DNA of 58,726 nucleotides, taken from contig CAJXZV010000002.1 of the NCBI GenBank assembly GCA_913063835.1, positions 1 to 58,726 of the forward strand. Reading direction: 5' to 3'. The position numbers were made by a program, and so were the translations under genes. The stretch's first letter is position 1, and every line of letters starts with the position of its first letter. Below the pieces are notes generated by a model. That model did not search any database and was not told the origin of the DNA. It saw nothing but the letters and a program-made list of their open reading frames with translations. This stretch comes from an uncultured Eubacteriales bacterium (GTDB lineage Bacteria; Bacillota; Sulfobacillia; UBA995; UBA9673). Positions 10,243 to 20,255 of this stretch are shown one piece after another.

Positions 10243-10890
10243 TCAGACCTTCAGGCGATAACGCCTCTCGACCCAGTCAAGACCCCGATTGGTGAGGAAC
10301 GTCAGACAGAAGTAGATGAGGCCCACCGCAAGGAAGGCCGTCAGCCAGTCGTGGGTGGCTGCGGCGACATGCTCCGCCCGGCGGAACAGCTCCACGGTCC
10401 CGACAGCGGAGACCAGGGACGAGTCCTTGAGGACGATAGCCGCCTCGTTCGACCAGGCGGGGATGGCCAGTCGGACGGCCTGGGGAAGGATGACGTTCCT
10501 CAGCGCGACCGGACGCGACATGCCGAGCGAGCGCGCGGCGAGCATCTGGCCGCTCCCCAGGGACTGGATGGCCCCCCTGAATATCTCGGACTGGTAGGCG
10601 GTGCTACAGGCCCCCAGGGCCAGGACGGCCGAGGCGAGACGGCTGCCACCCAGGAAGTCGGTCATGAGGACCACGTAGTAAAGGGCGAAGACCATGACCA
10701 GGGTCGGGAGACTGCGCACGACGCGGCTGTACGACGCGGCCGCGAAGCGGAGGACCGGCCCCCCGTACACGCGCGCCACGGCGAGGAGCATCCCCAGGAC
10801 GAAGCCCATCGCCAAAGACATCACCGTGACCAGGAGCGTGAGCTTCGCCGCGGGGAGGATGTAGACCACACAGCGCACAAAGGACTCCAA
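10243..10890 (-). CDS. Polar amino-acid ABC transporter permease (second subunit)
   Basis: 215-aa multi-TM paralogue of 8744..9436 (..MLAARSLGMSRPVALRNVILPQAVRLAIPAWSNE..). Confidence 0.85.
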   Translation of the reverse strand: MESFVRCVVYILPAAKLTLLVTVMSLAMGFVLGMLLAVARVYGGPVLRFAAASYSRVVRSLPTLVMVFALYYVVLMTDFLGGSRLASAVLALGACSTAYQSEIFRGAIQSLGSGQMLAARSLGMSRPVALRNVILPQAVRLAIPAWSNEAAIVLKDSSLVSAVGTVELFRRAEHVAAATHDWLTAFLAVGLIYFCLTFLTNRGLDWVERRYRLKV

Positions 10891-11001
10891 CTGGCAGACC
10901 GGTCCCGGGCGGGGAGGCAGACGGCGGGGCCGCGACCAGCCGAGGGGCCACGAGAACCAGGGGTCCGGCCCCGCCGCGTGAGCCGCACTCAGACGGACGG
11001 G

Positions 11002-11853
11002 CTACTCGCCGGGGAGGTCGTACTTGCCGGCCAGCTCGGCGATGAACCCTTCCTCACGGAGTTCGGCGATGATCTCGTTCAGCTTCTCGACCAGCTCGGT
11101 CTCGCCCTTCGTGACGGCGATGCCGGGGTTGCCTTCCAGGTCGACCGTGAGAGCCTTCTCGACATCGTGCGTCTCGGCGAAACCGAGGGCCACACCCTCA
11201 TCGAGGAACACGCAGTCGATGCGCCCGGCCACGAGGTCGGACACGGCCTGGTCGGCCCGCGGGTAGCGGCTGAGGTTGGTCTCAGGCATCACACCGGCCC
11301 CGATGAGGTTCTCGTCACACCACTGCTCATGGATGGTGCCCGCCTGGACGCCGACCTTCAGGTCCTTGAGGGCCTCGACCAGAGCCGCGGCCAGCTCCTC
11401 CTGACTCATCGTTTCGGCGCCCTCGATGGAGACCACGTCGCTCCCGGTCTTGACCAGGATGGCGTCCTTGGAGATGATGTACGGGTCGGTGAAGTCGGCC
11501 ATCTCGAGCCGCTCCGGCGTCACGGTCATGCAGGCGATGATGGCGTCGAGCTCACCGGCCTGCAGGGTGGTCAGGAGAATGTCGAAGCTCATGTCCCGCC
11601 ACTCGACCTCGACCCCGAGCCGCTCGGCGATCTTCTCCATCAGTTCGATGTCGAAGCCTGTGTACTCACCGGTGTCCGGGTCCACGTACTCGAACGGCTC
11701 GTAGTCGGCCGAGGTGCCGACGACGATCTTACCCTCTTCCAGAATGCGGTCCAGCGCCGACGGCTCCTCCTTCTTGCACCCGGCGAGCGACAGCGAGAAA
11801 GCCAGGACAAGCAGGCAGGCGAGGACTACGGTGAAAAGGAATCTCTTCGTCAC
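11002..11853 (-). CDS. Amino-acid ABC transporter substrate-binding lipoprotein (family 3)
   Basis: GTG 11853 is preceded by GGAGGAGGGAAG. Lipoprotein signal ..LAFSLSLAGC. Motifs ..SADYEPFEY.. and ..TGFDIELMEKIA... Confidence 0.85.
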   Translation of the reverse strand: MTKRFLFTVVLACLLVLAFSLSLAGCKKEEPSALDRILEEGKIVVGTSADYEPFEYVDPDTGEYTGFDIELMEKIAERLGVEVEWRDMSFDILLTTLQAGELDAIIACMTVTPERLEMADFTDPYIISKDAILVKTGSDVVSIEGAETMSQEELAAALVEALKDLKVGVQAGTIHEQWCDENLIGAGVMPETNLSRYPRADQAVSDLVAGRIDCVFLDEGVALGFAETHDVEKALTVDLEGNPGIAVTKGETELVEKLNEIIAELREEGFIAELAGKYDLPGE

Positions 11854-11993
11854 GTCTTCCCTCCTCCTTCCGGCTCCTCTGATACAGGGAAGCGGGATCT
11901 CCTCTGTCCTCTGCCCCCTTCCCTTCCTTGAACACGTCCCTTCGGCGTGCCCGGGACCACACACCTCCCACCAGAAGGCCTAGGGACGTCGTC

Positions 11994-12308
11994 CTAACGC
12001 CGGTCGCCGTTCTCCTCGTCTTCGCCGAGTTCCTCCAGAATCTCCTTGACTTCTTCGGCGCCCTTCTTGACCTTGAGCCCCTTCTTCTCCTCGTCGGGCT
12101 TGGCCTGGCCCCAGTTGTACTTCTTGATGAAGCGTTCGGCCCGGCCGCCCGTGCTGACGATGCGGCGCTGCCCGGTGTAGAAGGGATGGCACTTGGCGCA
12201 GACCTCGACCCTGAGGCTCTCCTTGGTCGAGCCCACCTCGTACACGGCGCCGCAGCCGCAGACGATGCGCGCTTTGGGATAGTAGGTCGGGTGGATGCCT
12301 TTCTTCAA
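11994..12308 (-). CDS. rpmE: 50S ribosomal protein L31 (Zn-ribbon type) with a charged C-terminal extension
   Basis: TTG 12308 gives [20 protein letters not shown]...[17 protein letters not shown]. This is followed by about 35 extra residues rich in K/E/D. GTG 12317 is an alternative start. Confidence 0.85.
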   Translation of the reverse strand: MKKGIHPTYYPKARIVCGCGAVYEVGSTKESLRVEVCAKCHPFYTGQRRIVSTGGRAERFIKKYNWGQAKPDEEKKGLKVKKGAEEVKEILEELGEDEENGDRR

Positions 12309-12415
12309 CTCGGACACCTTCTTCGCTGGGTAGGCCTGCCGGACGAGACCTGCGTCCGGGCCTATACGAGTGGAAAGGCCGGACGGCCACGGCCTCGCCC
12401 GAATACGCAAACGTC

Positions 12416-12446
12416 ATTATACCACGCGCCTTGGAACGTTGTCCAA
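12416..12446 (-). promoter_or_regulatory. Candidate rpmE promoter with extended -10 (TGGACA-N18-TGgTATAAT); -35 embedded in a CCTTGGA-N6-TCCAAGG palindrome
   Basis: On the minus strand, TATAAT sits at 12421-12416 preceded by TGG, and TTGGACA at 12446-12440. The palindrome spans 12429-12448. Confidence 0.4.
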
Positions 12447-12468
12447 GGTCGGAGCGCGGCCGGTCGGG

Positions 12469-13602
12469 CTAGTCGTCGAGGTAGTTCAGGGGGTTCCGGA
12501 TGGAGCCCGACACCCGGACCTCGAAGTGGAGGTGGGGGCCTGTCGAGTTCCCCGTCGTCCCGACGCGGGCGATGACCTGCCCCTGCGCCACACTCTCCCC
12601 TACGGTGACGAGGATCTCGTGCGCATGGGCGTAGAGGGTCTGGAGCCCGCCGCCGTGGTCGAGGATGACGCACCGTCCGTAGTTCCCGTACCATCCGGCG
12701 TAGGAGACCCTGCCGGCCGCAGCCGCCCGGATGCTCGCCCCGTAGGGGGCGGCGATGTCGATACCCGTGTGCAGGCGTCCCCAGCGCGGCCCGAAGTGCG
12801 ATGTGATGGGACCCCGGCAGGGCCAGATGAGCCCCCGCGGAGACCTGTCGGCGGCGGACGAGGAGGCGACCGTGACCTGCTTGAGCCTCCCGCCCGGGAT
12901 GATGAGGAGCTGGCCCTTGCTCAGCCGGTCGGGGTCGGCCAGGTCGTTGGCCTGGACGATGTCGCTCGCAGTGACCTCGTACATGGCGGCGATCGTCGAC
13001 AGGCTCTCGCCGCTCCTGACGCGGTGTAGGATTCCCACGACAGAGGGGAACACCAGCCGCTGGCCGGGGTAGATGCGGTCCGGGTTGACCAGGCCCGACG
13101 AGAGGGCGATGGTCGCGGGTGTCACCCCGTACCTCTCGGCGATGGAGGTCACGGTCTCCCCCGGAGCGACGATGTGGGTGATTATCGTCGGCCTGGTGTC
13201 CGCATGCTCGGTGCCCTCCCGGGTCCGCCCCTCCACGACCGGACCGGTCCCAGAGGCCGGCTGCCGCTCGGTATCCTGTCCGCCGGCGCGGCTCCCGGGG
13301 GGTGCGATGGCGCTCAGGCCTGCCTCCAGGAGCCACCCGAAGGCACGTTCAGTGTCGAGGGTCTCGCCGCCGGTGGCCGGCCCGTCGGCAGCCAGGCCTG
13401 CGCGTCTGGACGGAGTCCGGCTGTCTGTCGCGTGGTCGGAGGTCGGTGAGGGCGGGAACCGAGGAGTTTCAGGAGAGGAGTCGGCGGGAGGGAGTCGGCC
13501 CGCGGGGGCGTCGACATGGGAGACATCTGCCGATAAGAAGGGGAGCGATGATCGGACCAGGAGGCCGCCGGTCGAGGCCGCCGACAGGGTGACCACGAGC
13601 AC
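12469..13602 (-). CDS. LysM-domain M23 family metalloendopeptidase
   Basis: Two LysM repeats (..HIVAPGETVTSIAERYGV.., ..HRVRSGESLSTIAAMYEV..). M23 motifs are HTGIDIAAP and GNSTGPHLHFEV. The true start may lie slightly upstream of GTG 13602, because an AAAGGAGG box at about 13650-13657 precedes an in-frame ATT. Confidence 0.85.
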   Translation of the reverse strand: MLVVTLSAASTGGLLVRSSLPFLSADVSHVDAPAGRLPPADSSPETPRFPPSPTSDHATDSRTPSRRAGLAADGPATGGETLDTERAFGWLLEAGLSAIAPPGSRAGGQDTERQPASGTGPVVEGRTREGTEHADTRPTIITHIVAPGETVTSIAERYGVTPATIALSSGLVNPDRIYPGQRLVFPSVVGILHRVRSGESLSTIAAMYEVTASDIVQANDLADPDRLSKGQLLIIPGGRLKQVTVASSSAADRSPRGLIWPCRGPITSHFGPRWGRLHTGIDIAAPYGASIRAAAAGRVSYAGWYGNYGRCVILDHGGGLQTLYAHAHEILVTVGESVAQGQVIARVGTTGNSTGPHLHFEVRVSGSIRNPLNYLDD

Positions 13603-13678
13603 CAGGAGCCCCAGGTTCCGCCCCAGTCTGTCCCAGGGATTAATCGCCCTGCCTCCTTTCCCACTTTATGCGCTCTCG

Positions 13679-13717
13679 CTGACCCGGTAGTTATTTTGGT
13701 GCCGGGTCAGGTTTTTA
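13679..13717 (+). terminator. Intrinsic-terminator-like hairpin oriented on the plus strand (9-bp stem ctgacccgg/ccgggtcag, then GTTTTTA)
   Basis: The stem and T-tract are read directly. There is no plus-strand gene upstream, and it lies in the rho-to-M23 intergenic gap. Confidence 0.3.
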
Positions 13718-13908
13718 TCCCTGAGAAGGCCCGGGGCGCCCTCATGACTCGGTAGGACGCCCCGTGACACGTGCTATGCGGTTCTATGATGTAACATCAG
13801 GCCATCAACCGGCACGAGCCTCCAGCATCGTGACATCAGGCCTGCCCGCGGCCCGGTCGGCCCGGTCCGGCGCTCAGGCGGGCCGCGGCCCCCCGCTCCG
13901 CCTACGGC

Positions 13909-15192
13909 TCATGTCATCTGCAGGCCTTTCTGGACTATCTTCAGGAACTCTGCGTTGGATTTTGTCTTCTTCAGGCGGTCGATGAGCATCTCCGTCGCCT
14001 CCTGGGTGCCCAGGGCGTTGAGGGCCCGGCGGAGGGCGTAGGTCATCTCCAGCACCTCCGGCGCGAGGAGGAGCTCCTCCTTGCGGGTGCCCGACCGCTT
14101 GACATCTATGGCCGGGAAGATGCGTCTCTCGGAGAGTTGCCGGTCGAGGTGAATCTCCATGTTGCCCGTGCCCTTGAACTCCTCGTAGATGATGTCGTCC
14201 ATCCGGCTGCCGGTGTCCACGAGGCAGGTGGCGATGATGGTCAGGCTCCCTCCCTCCTCTATGTTCCGGGCGGCGGCGAAGAACCGCCTGGGCTTGTGGA
14301 GGGCGGCCGGGTCTATCCCGCCCGACAGGGTCCGCCCGCTCGGGGGAACGACCAAGTTGTGGGCCCGGGCGAAACGGGTGAGGCTGTCAAGGAGGATGAC
14401 GACGTCCTTCCTGTGCTCGACGAGCCTCTTGGCCCGCTCGAGGACCATGTCGGCCACCTTGATGTGGTTCTCGGGCAGCTCGTCGAAGGTCGAACTCACC
14501 ACCTCACCGGTCACCGAACGTTCCATGTCGGTGACCTCCTCCGGACGCTCATCGATGAGCAGGACGATGAGATGGACGGAGGGCGCGTTGGCCATTATGG
14601 CGTTGGCGATCTTCTTGAGGAGCACCGTCTTGCCGGCCTTGGGCGGGGAGACGATGAGCCCCCGCTGGCCCTTCCCGATCGGAGCGATGAGGTCGATGAG
14701 CCGTGTGGAGATCTCGTTGCGGGTCGTCTCGAGGACCAGCCGCTCGCTGGGGAAGACGGGGGTCAGGGCCTCGAACGGGATGCGGTCCCGGGCGACATCC
14801 GGGTCCTCCTCGTTTATCGCCTCGACCCGGAGGAGGGCGTAGTAGCGCTCGCTGTCTTTGGGAGGACGGACCTGGCCGGAGACATAGTCCCCCGTCTTCA
14901 GGTCGAAGCGCCGTATCTGTGAGGGGGACACGTACACGTCCTGCCGGCTTGGGATGTAGCCGGTCGGCCGGAGGAAGCCGAAGCCTTCCGGCATGATCTC
15001 CAGCACGCCCTCGGCGAAGATGGACCCCTCCTTCTCGATGTTGGCCTTCAGGATCTCGAAGATGAGCTCCTTCTTTATCATCTCGGAGTAGCCCATGATG
15101 CCGAGGTCCCGGGCCATCTGGTAGAGTTCCTTCAGTGTCTTGGACTCCAGTTGGGCGATGTTCAACCCACTCACCCCGTCCTCTAAAGTCAC
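13909..15192 (-). CDS. rho: Transcription termination factor Rho
   Basis: ..GFGFLRP.. RNA-binding domain, Walker A ..SPPKAGKT.., and colinear with Rho to the C-terminus. The start could be GTG 15192, GTG 15174 or TTG 15165. Confidence 0.95.
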   Translation of the reverse strand: MTLEDGVSGLNIAQLESKTLKELYQMARDLGIMGYSEMIKKELIFEILKANIEKEGSIFAEGVLEIMPEGFGFLRPTGYIPSRQDVYVSPSQIRRFDLKTGDYVSGQVRPPKDSERYYALLRVEAINEEDPDVARDRIPFEALTPVFPSERLVLETTRNEISTRLIDLIAPIGKGQRGLIVSPPKAGKTVLLKKIANAIMANAPSVHLIVLLIDERPEEVTDMERSVTGEVVSSTFDELPENHIKVADMVLERAKRLVEHRKDVVILLDSLTRFARAHNLVVPPSGRTLSGGIDPAALHKPRRFFAAARNIEEGGSLTIIATCLVDTGSRMDDIIYEEFKGTGNMEIHLDRQLSERRIFPAIDVKRSGTRKEELLLAPEVLEMTYALRRALNALGTQEATEMLIDRLKKTKSNAEFLKIVQKGLQMT

Positions 15193-15356
15193 GAACAGGC
15201 CGAACGCAAGACATGCAAGGGATGGAACCCGGTGGATACTCAGGTGAAAAAGATCGCTGGCGTTCCCTCTCGTCGGGAGGTTACAACGGGGTAACCTGGC
15301 CGTACTAGGATAATCCGGCGGGCGGCAGGCTATAACCCTACGACGCCGCGCCCTGT

Positions 15357-16007
15357 CTAGCCTTTGTCAACTTTCTTCCAGTCCGCAAGGAACCTCTCTA
15401 TGCCCCGGTCGGTCAGGGGATGGCTCACCATGGCTCTCAGGACCTTCATCGGCACGGTGGCGATGTCCGAGCCGGCCTTGGCCGCCTCCAACACGTGCAG
15501 GGGATGACGGACGCTGGCCGTGATGATCTCCGTGTCCAGGGCGTGCAACTGGAAGATCTCGGCCACGTCGCGGACGACGGCCATGCCGTCGTGTCCGATG
15601 TCGTCCAGGCGCCCGACGAACGGGCTGACATAGGTGGCTCCGGCCAGGGCGGCCAGGAGGGCCTGGTTGGCCGAGAAGACGAGGGTCACGTTGGTCCTGA
15701 CCCCCTCGCCGGCCAGCACCTTGACCGCCTTCAGCCCCTCCGGGGTCATGGGAATCTTCACCACGACGTTCTGGGCCATGGCCGCGAGCCGGCGGGCTTC
15801 CTCTACGATTGACGGCCCTTCGAGACTGACCGCCTCGACGCTCACGGGGCCGGGGACGAGGGCGGTGATTTCCCGGACAATCTCGGTGAAACTCCGGCCC
15901 TGCTCCCTGGAGACGAGAGTGGGGTTGGTCGTCACCCCGGAGATGACGCCCCAGCTCACCGCTTCCCGGATCTCCTCGATGTTCGCTGTGTCTAGGAAGA
16001 GTCTCAA
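15357..16007 (-). CDS. tal: Transaldolase / fructose-6-phosphate aldolase (short subfamily)
   Basis: [21 protein letters not shown].. and ..VVKIPMT.. (Schiff-base Lys). TTG start 16007 has a GGAGG SD. Confidence 0.9.
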   Translation of the reverse strand: MRLFLDTANIEEIREAVSWGVISGVTTNPTLVSREQGRSFTEIVREITALVPGPVSVEAVSLEGPSIVEEARRLAAMAQNVVVKIPMTPEGLKAVKVLAGEGVRTNVTLVFSANQALLAALAGATYVSPFVGRLDDIGHDGMAVVRDVAEIFQLHALDTEIITASVRHPLHVLEAAKAGSDIATVPMKVLRAMVSHPLTDRGIERFLADWKKVDKG

Positions 16008-16048
16008 CCTTGACCTCCCCGCGGCCGGACTAGTCTTCCCAGCCGGTG

Positions 16049-18157
16049 TTATTCCACAAACTCTTGACCGTTCCTGTAATCTCCAACCTCTCCCGCCCCG
16101 AAAACCGCGTCCATGGCGTAGGCGAGGAACCCGGCGCAGCTCGCGAAGGCCGCTCCGGTCTTCACCTCACCGGTGTGCCGGTCGAAGGACTCGCAGGCCA
16201 GGCCTGTGTCGAGCGGGGCCCGGACCAGCACCTCCCGGGCCTCCCGGACGCGCTCCGGCAGACCCCCCAGGAGCGCGTTGAAGAGGCTCATGACGAAGGG
16301 GTGCGGCGAGTGCGGGCACCCGAGTCCGGGGAAGGGCACCCCCACGTACCGGTAGGGATGCTCCCGGGAGTGCAGCCAGCGCATGGTGTTCCGCCATATC
16401 CGGTCGTCGCGGGCGCAGAAGCCGTAGTAGGGGAGGAGTTCCAGACTGCCGGGCGGCTCGTCCCCCGTCTCGGACCCGCCCTTGAGGTCCACCGACCAGG
16501 CGAACATGGGCCCGTGCGGCCCGTCGACCACGCAATGCCGGTAGACGGACTCCCTCACCCGGCCGGCCTGGGCCCGGAGGCCCTCGACCTCCCCGGCCGG
16601 GGCGCCCTGCCAGGCCAGGAGGTCGGCCAGGGCCAGGAGGGCCCTCCAGGCCAGCACGTTGTCGTAGGTGACGTAGGGGTGGGAGGCGGGGTCGTCCGAC
16701 GGCAGGAGGAAGGTCTCGTAGAGGTCCACCGACGGGTCCGGGTGCTTGCGGGCGGCGAGGAGGGCGGAGAGCCGCCGGAGCTTCGGGCCCAGGCCCCTCC
16801 GGGTGAGGATGGCCCGGTCCCCGGTCCGGACGACGTAACGCCAGAGGGCGATGGGGTAGGCCGCCAGCTCGTCGAGTTCGAACCCCGGGTAGAGCAGGGT
16901 CCCGTCGATGTAGAGCGAGTGTATCCCGGCGTGCCGGAAATAGCGCTCGAAGGCCGCCCCGAGGGCCTCCTCCGCCAGCCCGGGGTCCACAAGGAGCAGT
17001 CCCGGGAGGCTCCAGAGGAGGGCGTCCCGCGCCCAGAAGGCCGCGCTGACGTAGTAGAGCGGGCTCCTGCTCGTGACCAGGACGAGCTCCTCCGTGTCTA
17101 TGGTCCGCCCGACGGAGAAGAAGTAGTTGAACATCAGGTTCAGGTTCAGCCGCTCCTCGAGGAGGGAGGCCTCGGCACGGTCCTCGCCAGGGCCCTTCAC
17201 ACCGCCCGCGGCTCCGTTCTCGGCCGGGGCCCCGGCCGCGTCTGCGGCCGCCTCCTCCCCGACCCTCCTCCGCATGGCCCCGAGGCACCGCCCTGTCTCC
17301 TCAAGAAGGCGCTCCCAGCCGTGCCGCGCGAGGTCCACGGCCACCGTGCGCGCCCCGTCTCCTTCTCGGCTCACCCCGAAGTAGAAGGCCGCCCGCACCC
17401 TGCCGTCGGGGTCGGGCCCGGCCGGCCGCGTGACGACCTCGACCCGAACGGCCCCGTCCCCGTCCCGACGGACCGACCAGCGCACCTCGTCGGGCCCCAC
17501 CGAGAAGGACAGGGCCATGGCCGCCGGTCCGGCGCCGGCGCCGGAGCGCGGCTCGAGCACGGGACCGCCCGTCCAGCGGTCGTCCCGGACGGAGAACTCG
17601 GCCTTGAGAGGGCGCGAGGTGTAGACCGTCTGGACGAGGTCCGCCCAGGTGATGTCGAGACCCAGAGCGACCGCACCGCCGCCGGGCAGGTCGGCCTCGA
17701 GGAGGTAGAAGAACCCCTTGTGCGAGGCCACCCCCTCGGGGTCGCGCCGGACCGGGGCGCAGATGACACCCTGGAGGACCAGGCCGGTCTCCGGCTCACG
17801 CCACTCGAAGCGCGGGACCCAGTTCCACAGGCGCCTCCAGGCGATGCCGCCGCCCGGCCCCCCGCCCTGGCCGCCGCCGGAGGACGGAGGCGGAGGACTC
17901 CCGCCCGGCCGCACCTTCCGGCCCTGCACGACGGCGAACGGCCGGAGGAGCGGTTCGAGAGGGGGCAGGGTCTCGGCCCCGTGGCCCGCCTGGCGGCCGC
18001 ACAGCTCCACAAGGCTCACCTGACCCATGTGAAGGACGCCCACCCGGTCGACCGAGGCGTCCTCCGCGCCCACCACCGGGAGGGAGACGAAGTGGTTCCC
18101 GGTCGGGTGAAGGCGCCGGGTGAGGGTCATCTCCTCGGGGGTCGTCAGTCTCTTCAC
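16049..18157 (-). CDS. Two-part protein: unknown N-terminal region of about 300 aa plus a GH125-like (DUF1237, exo-alpha-1,6-mannosidase family) six-hairpin domain
   Basis: The C-terminal half carries GH125-type blocks: ..[16 protein letters not shown].., ..[23 protein letters not shown].., ..[11 protein letters not shown].., ..[15 protein letters not shown].., ..ACESFD... No signal peptide. GTG 18157 forms a GTGA overlap with the upstream stop. Confidence 0.6.
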   Translation of the reverse strand: MKRLTTPEEMTLTRRLHPTGNHFVSLPVVGAEDASVDRVGVLHMGQVSLVELCGRQAGHGAETLPPLEPLLRPFAVVQGRKVRPGGSPPPPSSGGGQGGGPGGGIAWRRLWNWVPRFEWREPETGLVLQGVICAPVRRDPEGVASHKGFFYLLEADLPGGGAVALGLDITWADLVQTVYTSRPLKAEFSVRDDRWTGGPVLEPRSGAGAGPAAMALSFSVGPDEVRWSVRRDGDGAVRVEVVTRPAGPDPDGRVRAAFYFGVSREGDGARTVAVDLARHGWERLLEETGRCLGAMRRRVGEEAAADAAGAPAENGAAGGVKGPGEDRAEASLLEERLNLNLMFNYFFSVGRTIDTEELVLVTSRSPLYYVSAAFWARDALLWSLPGLLLVDPGLAEEALGAAFERYFRHAGIHSLYIDGTLLYPGFELDELAAYPIALWRYVVRTGDRAILTRRGLGPKLRRLSALLAARKHPDPSVDLYETFLLPSDDPASHPYVTYDNVLAWRALLALADLLAWQGAPAGEVEGLRAQAGRVRESVYRHCVVDGPHGPMFAWSVDLKGGSETGDEPPGSLELLPYYGFCARDDRIWRNTMRWLHSREHPYRYVGVPFPGLGCPHSPHPFVMSLFNALLGGLPERVREAREVLVRAPLDTGLACESFDRHTGEVKTGAAFASCAGFLAYAMDAVFGAGEVGDYRNGQEFVE

Positions 18158-19299
18158 GAGCGCCTCCTGTCACGGGCGAACCTCTCGTAGACCTGCGGAA
18201 GGTAGTTGCGGATGAGGCCGGCGTTGAACCGACCGAAGACCGGGTGCCGCTCGCGGAACTCGGCCAGGGCGTCCAGGTCGAGGTCGGCCACGACCATCCC
18301 GTCGCCGACGGGCTCGGGCGATTCGGCCAGGACGCCGTCCCCGGCCGGGGTCAGCTCCATCGGAGCGTAGACGGCCGCCTTGCCGGTCATCGGGCGGCCC
18401 AGGAACTCGCCGACCAAGGCCGACTGCACGGCGTAGACCGGCGTCTCCTGGACACGCGGCCAGGCGCCGCGCAGTTTCTTCCAATAGCTGTAGGTGTCCA
18501 CGTCGGCGATGGGGTTGGTGACGATCTCCGCCCCCTCCAGGGCCGCCAGCCGGTAGGTCTCGAAGAAGGTCGCGTCCATGCAGACCGGGAGCGCCATCCG
18601 GCCGACACCGGTGACGAAGACCTCCAGCCTGTCGCCTGGCGACAGGCCCTCGGCCGCCTCCGTCGGATAGAGGTGGAGCTTGGCCTGGGTCCCGACAAGC
18701 CTCCCGGCAGGGTCGAAGAGTGCGGCGACGTTGTAGACCCTGCCGTCGGGGTCGGGCATCGGCGTCGACCCGGCCGCGATGTGGACGCGGGCCGCGGCGG
18801 CCAGGCGGGAGAAGGCCGTCTGGTAGACGTTCCTCAGAAGAGGCTCGACGTAGAGGACGACATCCCGCAGGGCGGGGCGGTCCGTCTCCGGTTCTGTGGC
18901 GCCGGCCCCGGCCGCACCACCGCGCTCGGCGTCCCCGCTCCCCGCCCCGGACATCTCCTCGAACCCGGGGAGAAGACCCAGGAGGGGATATGTCACGTAC
19001 TCCGGGAAGGCCACGAGGTCGGCCCCCCGGGCGACCGCGTCCCGGACGAACCCGCCGACGCGCCGGACGTACTCCTCCACAGACCTCACCGGGGACGCGT
19101 CCATCTGCACCGCGGCCACCCGCACGCGCCGCCCGTCCTCCGGGGAGGACTCCGCGTCAGGCGGTCGCGCCCGGCGGAGGTCCAGGGAGCCCACGGCGGC
19201 GCGGACCGCGCCCGGCCGCGAGATGAAGGCCAGGTAGCGTCGGAAGAGCCTCTCCCTGGGGCCGAGCCTGAGGCCCGGCCCTGCGGACCGCGGGCTCAA
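18154..19299 (-). CDS. Carbon-nitrogen hydrolase (nitrilase superfamily) with intact E-K-C triad
   Basis: ..VAAVQMD.., ..LVAFPEYV.. (Glu), ..TQAKLHL.. (Lys), ..LPVCMDATFFE.. (Cys). TTG 19299 forms a TTGA overlap with the upstream stop. An internal GTG near 19128 is an alternative start. Confidence 0.8.
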   Translation of the reverse strand: MSPRSAGPGLRLGPRERLFRRYLAFISRPGAVRAAVGSLDLRRARPPDAESSPEDGRRVRVAAVQMDASPVRSVEEYVRRVGGFVRDAVARGADLVAFPEYVTYPLLGLLPGFEEMSGAGSGDAERGGAAGAGATEPETDRPALRDVVLYVEPLLRNVYQTAFSRLAAAARVHIAAGSTPMPDPDGRVYNVAALFDPAGRLVGTQAKLHLYPTEAAEGLSPGDRLEVFVTGVGRMALPVCMDATFFETYRLAALEGAEIVTNPIADVDTYSYWKKLRGAWPRVQETPVYAVQSALVGEFLGRPMTGKAAVYAPMELTPAGDGVLAESPEPVGDGMVVADLDLDALAEFRERHPVFGRFNAGLIRNYLPQVYERFARDRRRS

Positions 19300-20255
19300 C
19301 GCGGCTCTCCCCCACCGAGCGGCCGCCGGGTCGGGCCGGCCGCCACACGCCGGCGGCGTCCGAGATAGGCCATGGGGAAGACCTGGCGGTAGAGTCTTGT
19401 GTTCATGGCCCCGAGGATGTCGTAGGACTCCACGGCCCGGCGCCTGGCCTCGAGGTCGATGCCGCCGAGGACGGTCAGCGGCCGGTCCGGGACCGGGGCC
19501 CGCACGACGAAGCCGCTCGCGTCACCGACGGCCTCACACGGGGCCGTCACCGCGCTCCGTCCGGCGTACGGCACACCGCCCCACTCCCCGACAAGGCAGG
19601 CCTCGAGCCCGAAGACCTGGTTCTGCTGGACTATCTGCCACACTCCGGCTATCTGCCGGGCCTCGGAGTAGGGGGCCGGCAGGGCCAGGGGGGCGACGAG
19701 GACGGTCGCCCCCTCAAGGGTGAGGATACGCGCCACCTCGGGGACCCAGACGTCGAGCCCCACGAGAAGGCCTATCCCGACCCCGAGGACCCGGAAGACC
19801 TCGAGCCTGTCGGCCTCGAGGCGGCCGGCCGCCTCCTCTTCGGCCGTCGTATGGGTCTGGCCCTGCTCTCCGATGAGCCCGCCCTCAGGCGAGAGGAGCC
19901 AGGCCACCTGGCGTCGGCCGCCGCCCTCGCCGGCCGGGACGAAGACCGTACCCGCGACGAGGTGACAGCCTGCCTCCCGGGCGACGGAGGCCGCAAGTCC
20001 CAGGAGCTCCTCGCGCCCGGGGGCCGTCCGTCCGCCGGGGTCGGCCTCTCCCGGCGGGGAGCCCTCCGTCCCCTGCGGCGAGCCGGCCGCCGGCACCGTG
20101 CCGTAGGACGCCGCCGGCGGACACCCGAGGAAGGCCTCGAGGCAGAACGCGGGTAGGACGACGAGCCCGGCCCCCGCGCGGGCGGCCCTCACCGCCGCCT
20201 CGTGCGGGTCGGCCCCGGCGGAAACCTGGCAGACAGCCGCGATGAAGCTACCCAC
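19296..20255 (-). CDS. Carbon-nitrogen hydrolase paralogue lacking all three catalytic residues (predicted pseudoenzyme)
   Basis: Colinear with 18154..19299 (shared ..DRLEVF.. and ..LEGA..V..P..). The triad positions read ..VVLPAFCL.. (E to A), ..EQGQTHT.. (K to Q) and ..LLVGLDVWVPE.. (C to G). GTG 20255 has a GGGGAGGGG SD. Confidence 0.65.
   Translation of the reverse strand: MGSFIAAVCQVSAGADPHEAAVRAARAGAGLVVLPAFCLEAFLGCPPAASYGTVPAAGSPQGTEGSPPGEADPGGRTAPGREELLGLAASVAREAGCHLVAGTVFVPAGEGGGRRQVAWLLSPEGGLIGEQGQTHTTAEEEAAGRLEADRLEVFRVLGVGIGLLVGLDVWVPEVARILTLEGATVLVAPLALPAPYSEARQIAGVWQIVQQNQVFGLEACLVGEWGGVPYAGRSAVTAPCEAVGDASGFVVRAPVPDRPLTVLGGIDLEARRRAVESYDILGAMNTRLYRQVFPMAYLGRRRRVAAGPTRRPLGGGEPR

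Noticed and set aside
15193-15356. Possible structured leader or attenuator upstream of rho (GGTTAC-N5-GTAACC inverted repeat).
   Set aside because: The stem is short (6 bp), no flanking U-tract or convincing promoter was found, and the rho start codon itself is ambiguous. The evidence is insufficient to call a feature.
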